In this document: one piece after another, positions 29,740 to 37,766 of the stretch
Position numbering within the stretch: position 1 is the stretch's first letter
Layout: every line of letters begins with the position of its first letter
From: Arenicellales bacterium
GTDB taxonomy: Bacteria > Pseudomonadota > Gammaproteobacteria > Arenicellales > JAJDZL01
Length of the DNA stretch: 64,000 nt
Direction of reading: 5' to 3'
Assembly (NCBI GenBank): GCA_965200765.1
Contig: OZ241380.1
Location: 2,022,288 to 2,086,287 of the forward strand
Program-made: the position numbers and the translations under genes
The notes under the pieces: generated by a model
The model's input: only the letters and a program-made list of their open reading frames with translations
Database searches by the model: none
Told to the model about the DNA's origin: nothing

Positions 29740-31074
29740 TCAATCCTCCCGAATGAGTCTCTTCGTTTTCCCTTCTGTTCTGGGCATGGAACGGGAAGCC
29801 AAAAGTGTGACAGAGGCCGTAGCGCGTAAATTTGCCTTTAGATTTCTTTCAATCATTTCTCCAAGTTCTGGCGAAGCCTTGTAATCGTCAGCCAGTTCAA
29901 CCTCAACCGGTAAACGATTATAAGGACCCGGGCCTTTCAGACGAATTCGATATTCTCCGGACAATTCCTTGAAACGATTCAAAACTCCAGCCACCGCCGA
30001 GGGAAACACATTGACCCCGCGGATTACGACCATGTCGTCACTTCGCCCCAGAATTCGAAAACGCGTTGCAGTTCGACCACACTCGCAGACACCCGTACCC
30101 GTGATCAAGGCCACGTCTCCCGTTCGATAACGTACCACCGGTTGCGCATTACGAATTAAATTTGTCAACACCAATTCTCCTTTTTCACCTTCGCACCACG
30201 GCCTTGCCTGCTCGCTTATCGGATCAATTATTTCCGGGTACAACACATCCTGACCCAGAAAGTGCAGATCTGTTGTCACTTCGCACTGCGATGCAAAATT
30301 ACAGAAAACATCGGACATTCCATAGTTCGCATTACGTACCTTGAACCCCCACACTGCTTCCAGATTGTCGCGAAACGACTGATTGTCCAGTGCCGCCTCA
30401 CCACCAAACAAACCCAATCCCAATCCCAGATCCGAAGGCTTGGTTGCTGGAAATTTCTCGGCGATTGTCTGTTCAATGACAGCCGGGTACGATGGCGTAC
30501 ATTGTATTGCCGCAACATCCAGGTCAAGCAATGTTCGGACCAGGAGCTCCGTGTTCCCGATTCCAAATGGAATAACAGTTGCTCCGGCAGCTTCAAGACA
30601 AAGGTGGTCGGTGAAACCGCCCATCCACATCTGATAATTCAGGCAATGAATTACCATGTCACCAGGCTTGAGACCCGCGGCAACATGCGACCGCGCACCT
30701 ACTTGTGCCATGATTTCAGAATCCAGTTTCGTCAAACCGAAGTTGATTGACTGACCGGTTGTACCGGATGAGCGATGCAGTCGAATGACTTGGTCCGGCT
30801 CGATTGCCAGGAAGTCACCAAACGGCGGATGATTTTCCTGGGAGTCACGAAGCATCACTTTGGTGCAAAGCGGCAAGTGTGAAATGTCTTCAAGTCGCTC
30901 CGGCGGGGACTGTCCATTCCACAACCTTTGGAATAGTGCAGAATTGCGGAACACATACGTACTTTGTTTTTTCCAGAAGTGCTGACGAACTTCTGCCAAC
31001 CGCTTCGGCGGGAGAAATTCCCCGTTTGAAGGTACTATTGTTGAACCGATATGCATGTCTCCAACCATTTTCAA
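29740..31074 (-). CDS. Phenylacetate-CoA ligase family (PaaK-like) protein
   Basis: HRSSGTTG, YGMSD, RYRTGD, GRSDDM..RGVNVFP. Confidence 0.88.
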   Translation of the reverse strand: MKMVGDMHIGSTIVPSNGEFLPPKRLAEVRQHFWKKQSTYVFRNSALFQRLWNGQSPPERLEDISHLPLCTKVMLRDSQENHPPFGDFLAIEPDQVIRLHRSSGTTGQSINFGLTKLDSEIMAQVGARSHVAAGLKPGDMVIHCLNYQMWMGGFTDHLCLEAAGATVIPFGIGNTELLVRTLLDLDVAAIQCTPSYPAVIEQTIAEKFPATKPSDLGLGLGLFGGEAALDNQSFRDNLEAVWGFKVRNANYGMSDVFCNFASQCEVTTDLHFLGQDVLYPEIIDPISEQARPWCEGEKGELVLTNLIRNAQPVVRYRTGDVALITGTGVCECGRTATRFRILGRSDDMVVIRGVNVFPSAVAGVLNRFKELSGEYRIRLKGPGPYNRLPVEVELADDYKASPELGEMIERNLKANLRATASVTLLASRSMPRTEGKTKRLIRED

Positions 31075-31143
31075 TCCAGCTTCTACAAATATTCACAATA
31101 CAGAGCTGTTGAATCCTGATAATGCAACAATGCCGCGGCCAGC

Positions 31144-32394
31144 TTAACAATCCCGTAAAAATATACCGGCGCGCAACTTGGGGTCAAACCAGGTAGACTT
31201 TGGCGGCATGACTTGACCGGCATCTGCTACTCGTTTCAGTTCTTCCATTGTAGTTTGATAGCAGGCGAAACCCAATCGCCAGCCATCCTGGTGAGAGTTC
31301 AGCAAACCTTGCATGCCTGAAGCACCGGGCAAAAAACGGATGCGCTCATCAAGTCGAGCATCATGGACCCCCAGTATCGGCCCTAATATTTCATCGTGAA
31401 GAATCGAGATATCCAATGACTGCACTGGATCGTCTGAAACCATCTGTTTTGGCAAATTCAACTGATATGGTTTTTCATCCAGCAACATTGTGATTTCTCT
31501 GGCGCGAACCGGAAGCAACTGGTCATCCGTCTTCTCGCGACGTTCTGTGACTTCTATACCGCGGGACTTCAATGCAGAAATCAACTCTGATTCGCTCAAA
31601 CCGTTCAAGTCACGTACACATCTGAAATATGGCATTATCCTGAGCTGGTCTTCAGGAAACAACGCCACAAACAATTGATTGTAACTGGCTGTCAAGTCGT
31701 CGTTTCCTGATTGCGCAGAATCCAACTGGGCATATCGAATACTGGATTCGCAACGATGATGCCCGTCTGTCAAATAGGTTTCTTCAATCTGACCGAATTC
31801 TTCTTCCAGTTGACGTTCCATCTGCTCATTATTGATTCTCCAGACCGTCTGCACAACTTCATCCCATGCAGAAAACTGCAGATATGGATCTGAATCCATG
31901 ACTTCGCGCACAACCGAATTAATGCCCTCTCTCGGTTCATATCCGACACACACCGGGCTTGAAGTTACTCCGACGAATTCATGGTAACTAGTCAGCATGT
32001 TTTCTTTTTCCACTTGCGTATGCTCATGCTTTTTCAAAAGTTGTTCAACATAGTCTCTCAAGGGAATGTTTGCGATTAAACCAACCTGCTGGTGTGAACC
32101 GATTTGAAGTTCGTAAAGATAATAGCCGGGAGTCTTGGCTTTGACGAATGCCCCCTTGTCGTGCAACTGCGTCAGGGAGGACAAGTTGTGCTTCAAGATT
32201 TCATTGAGCGACGGCGGTTGCTTGTCAGTAGCAAACTCATCCAACGTTCGCATGACATTGACGTAATTGCCCGGATGCTGTTCGGCAAATGTTCGCCGCT
32301 CCTGCGGATGCATTGCATCATAGGCAGGAGTCACTACGGCCCTGGCATGTTCGGGATGCACAAGATAACCGTTGAATTTGATTAACTTGGGCAT
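31144..32394 (-). CDS. DUF1015 family protein
   Basis: KHEHT, YLTDGHHR, MPPKSTWFDPK; downstream of serC. Confidence 0.88.
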   Translation of the reverse strand: MPKLIKFNGYLVHPEHARAVVTPAYDAMHPQERRTFAEQHPGNYVNVMRTLDEFATDKQPPSLNEILKHNLSSLTQLHDKGAFVKAKTPGYYLYELQIGSHQQVGLIANIPLRDYVEQLLKKHEHTQVEKENMLTSYHEFVGVTSSPVCVGYEPREGINSVVREVMDSDPYLQFSAWDEVVQTVWRINNEQMERQLEEEFGQIEETYLTDGHHRCESSIRYAQLDSAQSGNDDLTASYNQLFVALFPEDQLRIMPYFRCVRDLNGLSESELISALKSRGIEVTERREKTDDQLLPVRAREITMLLDEKPYQLNLPKQMVSDDPVQSLDISILHDEILGPILGVHDARLDERIRFLPGASGMQGLLNSHQDGWRLGFACYQTTMEELKRVADAGQVMPPKSTWFDPKLRAGIFLRDC

Positions 32395-32430
32395 CTGTAT
32401 TTCTCTCTGAAATCAATCGTGAGCTTTGAC

Positions 32431-33516
32431 TCAGGAATGAGTTGATTGAAAATGTGCCATGAATTGCACAAGAGTTTCCACACCGGCAATTGGCATCGCA
32501 TTGTAGATACTCGCGCGAATACCGCCGACACTTCGATGACCTTCCAAATTCACCATTCCTTCTTTGGCAGCATCGGCGAAAAACTTGGACTCTAATCCTT
32601 CATTCGGCAATGTGAATACTACATTCATTTTTGACCGGCTGGCCTGGTCAACCGGACTATGGTAGAAACCATCGCTTTTTTCAATGGCCTCATAAAGAAT
32701 TCCCGTCTTTTTCTGTGCGGCTGCTTCCATGGCCGGAACACCGCCATTTGCTTTGATCCACTTCAGTATCTTGCCAGTTACATAGATTGAAAATATCGGT
32801 GGTGTATTGAACAACGAATTCCCTTCCAAATGCACGCGGTAGTCAAGATACGTCGGCAAATTATTGTCAATCGCTTCCACCACAGAAGTTCGAACGGCAA
32901 CCACTGCCATTCCTGACGGACCCAAATTCTTCTGAACACCACCGTAGGTAAGATCGATTCGATCCCACGGCACTGATTTGCTGCAATAATCCGAAGACAT
33001 GTCAACCACAAGCGGAACACCCACATCCGGCAGATCCTTGAACTGGATTCCGCCAATTGTTTCGTTTGATGTTACATGCAGATAACGGGTGTTTGGCTGC
33101 AATTTAATTTCATCATCACCGGGCATGCGGGTAAATTTTTTGTCGGAACCATCCCATGCAACATAAGTATCGCCATAAATTGAACCGTCAGCAATCGCCA
33201 GTGCCGCCCAATGCCCCGAATTGATAAATCCGGCCTTGTTTGAGTCGCTCAGCAGATTCATCGCGGTCATGGCAAACTGCAAAGTCGCACCGCCCTGGAT
33301 GAACATCACTGCAAATTCGTCCGGAATTTCCAGCAGTTCTCTCATCAAACCGATTGCTTCAGCGTGCACATCACCAAACGTCTTGCCGCGATGACTCATT
33401 TCCACCATCGACAAGCCGGACTGCTTGTAATCAACCAGTTCACGTTGTGTCTCCTCAAGAACTTCAAGTGGCAGTGTGCAGGGTCCGGGAGAAAAATTAA
33501 ATTTTCGTTGAGTCAT
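32431..33516 (-). CDS. serC: Phosphoserine aminotransferase
   Basis: NFSPGP, SNETIGG, DMSS, QKNLGP, NTPP, GHRSVGGIRASIYNA. Confidence 0.96.
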   Translation of the reverse strand: MTQRKFNFSPGPCTLPLEVLEETQRELVDYKQSGLSMVEMSHRGKTFGDVHAEAIGLMRELLEIPDEFAVMFIQGGATLQFAMTAMNLLSDSNKAGFINSGHWAALAIADGSIYGDTYVAWDGSDKKFTRMPGDDEIKLQPNTRYLHVTSNETIGGIQFKDLPDVGVPLVVDMSSDYCSKSVPWDRIDLTYGGVQKNLGPSGMAVVAVRTSVVEAIDNNLPTYLDYRVHLEGNSLFNTPPIFSIYVTGKILKWIKANGGVPAMEAAAQKKTGILYEAIEKSDGFYHSPVDQASRSKMNVVFTLPNEGLESKFFADAAKEGMVNLEGHRSVGGIRASIYNAMPIAGVETLVQFMAHFQSTHS

Positions 33517-33535
33517 AATTTTGTTCCTATGGGTG

Positions 33536-34498
33536 TCACAAATTTACACAATTAAACATTTTTCCTTCTTTCAGCGCCTCAATCAAGGTAACAACTTCTT
33601 CAGCAACCGCGTTTTGCGCTTGCGCGGTTGAAGCACCAATATGATGGGTACCATAAACGTTCGGATGTTGCGCCAATCGGGAAACAAATTCATCTTTGGA
33701 TGCTGCCGGCTCATTTGCATAGACATCCAGCCCGGCGCGTATCCCTTTCGTATCCAATGCATCCAATAACGCATCTTCGTCCACTACCTCTCCTCGCGAT
33801 GTGTTCAACAGAATCGCACCTTCTTTCATTTGCGCCAGAAATTCCTTGTTCACCAAATTCCGGGTGCTGGCGGCACCGGGTACATGAAATGAAACAATAT
33901 CACACTTGCTCGCCATTTCAAGCAAATCGACAACCGCCGTAACACCGAGTGATTCCAGTATTAGTTTTTGTACATCTGATCGCCCGGGCTTTTCAATCAT
34001 GTACAACTGCAGTCCAAAAGCATGGGCACGCTCGGCAACTGCCATGCCAACCACCCCCATACCGACAATTCCCATGCGTTGTCCATATAGACCACGTGAA
34101 TTCGCGTACCTCCCCTTGTTCCAGCGACCACTTCTCAACTCTGCCACGTTGTCGGGTATTTTCCGGTCAATTGCAATCAGCAAACCCATTGTAAGTTCGG
34201 CGACGGCGATGGCATTCTTGCCCGGAATATTGCAAACCGGAATCTCCTTTTCAGCTGCACACGCTTTGTCAATGGTATTGGTGCCGCTACCGGCACGAAT
34301 GATTAATTTCAACTGATCCGCTGCTTCAATGGTTGCTGCTTCTACGCGCGTGCTTCGTACCACCAGAACATCATTACCAGAAATTCTCTCAGACAAGCTA
34401 TCGCTACTCAGATCAGGGGCGTATTCGCATGTATGCCCGAGCCCCTGCAACTGCTCCAATTGTTCAGCCGGAAATTTGTCCGCCATCAAAATATTCAA
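33536..34498 (-). CDS. serA: D-3-phosphoglycerate dehydrogenase-like D-2-hydroxyacid dehydrogenase
   Basis: RAGSGTNTID, GIVGMGVVG, NTSRG, HHIGAST; short form without an ACT domain. Confidence 0.8.
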   Translation of the reverse strand: MNILMADKFPAEQLEQLQGLGHTCEYAPDLSSDSLSERISGNDVLVVRSTRVEAATIEAADQLKLIIRAGSGTNTIDKACAAEKEIPVCNIPGKNAIAVAELTMGLLIAIDRKIPDNVAELRSGRWNKGRYANSRGLYGQRMGIVGMGVVGMAVAERAHAFGLQLYMIEKPGRSDVQKLILESLGVTAVVDLLEMASKCDIVSFHVPGAASTRNLVNKEFLAQMKEGAILLNTSRGEVVDEDALLDALDTKGIRAGLDVYANEPAASKDEFVSRLAQHPNVYGTHHIGASTAQAQNAVAEEVVTLIEALKEGKMFNCVNL

Positions 34499-34538
34499 TA
34501 TCTCTCCTGTCTCGGTACTCTGGTTAGGTCATCAGAAT

Positions 34539-34568
34539 AAAAAAAGAGAGCCGTCGGAGCGGCCCTCC
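34539..34568 (-). terminator. Rho-independent terminator after the methyltransferase gene
   Basis: Minus strand GAGGGCCG-CTCCGA-CGGCTCTC followed by T7. Confidence 0.7.
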
Positions 34569-34628
34569 TGCAAATCTCATATCAATATTAAACGAAATCA
34601 GAAATTTAATCAAAAACAATTTGTGAAT

Positions 34629-35393
34629 TTACGGTTTGACACCGTAAAAATGCGTCGGCCGAAGTTCGCCGGCATCAACTACCTTGAGCTTTGCGGAGGA
34701 GCTTTCAAATCTTTGCCGGGCCCGTTCTTCGCCAACAATTTCAACGAACGCTTCTCTGTTCTTGCCTGTAACCATGTCAATCTCGTCCCTGACTGCCTGC
34801 TGATACCATTTGTTGCGATCTCTCGTTGAGACACTTGCGAACCCTGCGTTTTCCAGCATTTGTCTTAAGTCGGATGCGGAGATGAAGGTGAAATCCAAAT
34901 TGTTAATCTTCAGCCAGTGTTCCATCAGTTTCGACTGCTTTTTCCTTTCATGGCCTAGCCAGTCACTACCGGCCACTGCGCCACCACTTTTCAATACCCG
35001 ATAGATTTCGTTGAATATGAACTGCTTGTCCTTGATATGAATAATTGAATCCTTTGAAAATACAATATCGAATGACTGGTCATCAAACTCCAGAACGTCC
35101 CTGTCAACCAGTTTATAGTCAATGCACTCTCCCAAATTTTCGACTTCTGCGTCGCTCCGCGCCCTTTCCAGCAAATGCGATTCCACATCAATTCCTGTTA
35201 CATGTGCGGCACCATGCTTTTTGACTAGCAAGCGATCAATCCCGCCAATGCCACACCCGATATCAAGAACCCGTTTGTTGTTCAAGCTTGTGGGTTCAAG
35301 GATCAATGCAACTTCCGCTGGTCCGCCGGGCGACAGAAACCCCTTTCCCCAAAGCCATTCCAGTCCGGTTACAAATTGATTGTTGTAGGCCAT
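34629..35393 (-). CDS. SAM-dependent methyltransferase, phosphoethanolamine/sarcosine N-methyltransferase-like
   Basis: VLDIGCGIGG motif I; N-terminal WLWGKGFLSPGG; FSKDSIIH. Confidence 0.8.
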   Translation of the reverse strand: MAYNNQFVTGLEWLWGKGFLSPGGPAEVALILEPTSLNNKRVLDIGCGIGGIDRLLVKKHGAAHVTGIDVESHLLERARSDAEVENLGECIDYKLVDRDVLEFDDQSFDIVFSKDSIIHIKDKQFIFNEIYRVLKSGGAVAGSDWLGHERKKQSKLMEHWLKINNLDFTFISASDLRQMLENAGFASVSTRDRNKWYQQAVRDEIDMVTGKNREAFVEIVGEERARQRFESSSAKLKVVDAGELRPTHFYGVKP

Positions 35394-35624
35394 GAATCAA
35401 TACGGTGCAAGTCGGGAAATCTTGAGTACATATCTTGTGGTATCAAAGTATCGATTTTATCACTGAGATACGAGTGATTCCGGCCAGAACTGCCATTTCT
35501 CAATTGAACGGGAAATGAACAGAACTTTCCCATGATTGTTGCCCATATTGAAATATTTTTACAATTCTATGCCACTCTCATTTAATATAGAAGGAGTACA
35601 TGTGATAAAGGATTTGAACAAATC

Positions 35625-36083
35625 ATGAACCAAAGGGAATTTGAAAAAAAATACAGTGACGAGGACTTTTGCCTGAAAACTCTGGAAGCGGTTCACTGGC
35701 CGGATGGGCCAATATGCCCGAGATGCGGCGCTGTGGACCGAGCAGGACGCATTGCGACCCGTCCGCGTGTGCTTAACTGTCTGGAATGTCACGGACAGTT
35801 CTCGGTCACAGTGGGTACTTTGATGCAAAGAAGCCACCTGTCTTTGCGCGTCTGGTTCTTGGCCACCTATATGATGATGACTTTGCCCCGGCAAATTACT
35901 ATCAATGAATTCAAAGAACCACTTGGTATTCCGTACAAAACGACTTGGCACTTGCTCAGGCGGTTGCGCATTATGCTCAATGACAAAAGTAGCATATTGT
36001 CGAAATTTGTCAAATATGCAAATATACCGAGACTGAAGAATCCGCCAATGCTGAATGTAACGGAAAGGAAATGGCAACGCTAG
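35625..36083 (+). mobile_element. IS1595-family transposase N-terminal fragment (zinc ribbon plus HTH, no DDE domain)
   Basis: WPDGPICPRCG...CLECHGQFSVTVGT...SHLSLRVWF...YKTTW. Confidence 0.8.
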
Positions 36084-36152
36084 TGCCGATACGATCTGGC
36101 GACGCGGTTTCCCTTCCTTCTTTTTTGTTTCTTCATTAACTGCGCAACTCTA

Positions 36153-37043
36153 TTGAACTCAAGACTACAGCACCAGATTGACTCTGGAAATTTTGTTATT
36201 ACTTGTGAACTGACACCGCCAAAGGGCACTGACCTTTCACGGCTGTTCGCAACCGCGGAGTCCCTCAAGGACTATGTTCACGCATTCAACCTGACGGATT
36301 CTCATGCTGCCCGAATGGCGATTGATCCAACTGCAGTTGCACATCTGCTCCTGGATCGCGGTATTGAACCCATTGTTCAGATGACGTCCCGCGACAAAAA
36401 TCGAATCGCTCTGCAGTCCGGCATGCTTGGCGCGGCCGCACTCGGTGTTCCGAACCTTGTTTTCATGGGCGGTGATCCACCCAAGAACGGCGATCATCCG
36501 GATGCCAAGCCAGTATTCGACTTGTTTGCCTCGCAACTGCTTGACGCGGCCAATGCGTTGCGGTCAGGCACCGATCTAACTGGCAACAATTTGAACGGTA
36601 CACCAAATTTCTGTATTGGTGCAGTCGTCAATCCCGGTGCAACCAACCTGGAAGGCGAAATCGAAAACATGCACCGAAAAATTGAATCAGGCGCAGCGTT
36701 TCTTCAAACTCAGGCGGTTTATGATGCCGAAGCGTTCACCCACTTCCTGAGCAAGGCAGGTGATGTATCAGTCCCCATTCTGGCCGGTATCATTCCAATC
36801 AAATCCACAAAAATGGCGAAATACATGAATGAGCGTGTCCCGGGAATTACGGTTCCGGAAAATTTGATTCAGCAGATTGCCGACGCAGAGGGGGATTCTG
36901 AACGAGTGAAAGAGACTAGTATTTCCATTGCGGCCAACACCATTCGGGACGTTCACTCAGCGAGTGGCGGATTGCACATTATGGCAATTGGCTGGGAAGA
37001 CAAAATTCCCGCAATTCTGGAGCAGGCTGAAGTTCGGATTTAG
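36153..37043 (+). CDS. metF: Methylenetetrahydrofolate reductase family protein
   Basis: ELTPPKG, SRDKNRIALQS, GGDPP, KIESGA.FLQTQ. Confidence 0.82.
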   Translation: MNSRLQHQIDSGNFVITCELTPPKGTDLSRLFATAESLKDYVHAFNLTDSHAARMAIDPTAVAHLLLDRGIEPIVQMTSRDKNRIALQSGMLGAAALGVPNLVFMGGDPPKNGDHPDAKPVFDLFASQLLDAANALRSGTDLTGNNLNGTPNFCIGAVVNPGATNLEGEIENMHRKIESGAAFLQTQAVYDAEAFTHFLSKAGDVSVPILAGIIPIKSTKMAKYMNERVPGITVPENLIQQIADAEGDSERVKETSISIAANTIRDVHSASGGLHIMAIGWEDKIPAILEQAEVRI

Positions 37044-37154
37044 CTTCGCTTGTATGACTGCTCAGGACGGTTCGCCTGTGTAGTCAGGAAAATGATTCCC
37101 GTTCAGAACTCGGTTCAAACCCGTCCGTGGACAAAACGGTTGGCGAATTTCCGA

Positions 37155-37766
37155 TTAGTTGCCAAGATCCTTGGAAAACGTTGCCTCATTGCTGGCCGCA
37201 ACCAACCACTGCCACAGATAATCCGCAAAACTGCGTCTGACGAAAACATCAAACTCGGTTTGTTCATCACTGCGGTTGAGAACGGTGACACCAACTCTTG
37301 CAAGTACGGTTTGAACGCAATCACCCGGCTTGAAGTTTCTTGGATGAAGGTCGAACACAATTCCACGGTTCAGAAGTGCAATCGTATTTGACCCGATAAA
37401 ACGCAACGCAGTCAATCCGCTGGATTGCTCGGTCCAAGTTGCAAACTTTCCGCGAAATAAATCGTTCAATGTTCGCTCAGTGCGACCCGTATCTGGTTCC
37501 TCGACAATGAGCAACCACTCATCAGGCCCAAGCCAGGCGCAAGTCGCTTGATCTGACGAAGTGAATGTGTTCGCAGTGTTGGGCAGTTGAAGTTGAAACT
37601 CGTCAAGAAACCCTTGACGAATGTTTGTTTCATCCGGCGGGATTCGCAAGTTGAAATAGCCGTTGAACATCTGCTCGGTTATCGTCAGATCACGTACCTG
37701 AATTTCAGGTGCGCCCGTAGCTTCATTTCCGTTAAGGGGGGTATGTCGAATCACCTGTTCAGACAT
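37155..37766 (-). CDS. soxG: Heterotetrameric sarcosine oxidase / N-methylglutamate dehydrogenase gamma subunit
   Basis: WLGPDEWL, FDLHP, RRSFADYL; ATG 37766 overlaps the soxA stop. Confidence 0.9.
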   Translation of the reverse strand: MSEQVIRHTPLNGNEATGAPEIQVRDLTITEQMFNGYFNLRIPPDETNIRQGFLDEFQLQLPNTANTFTSSDQATCAWLGPDEWLLIVEEPDTGRTERTLNDLFRGKFATWTEQSSGLTALRFIGSNTIALLNRGIVFDLHPRNFKPGDCVQTVLARVGVTVLNRSDEQTEFDVFVRRSFADYLWQWLVAASNEATFSKDLGN

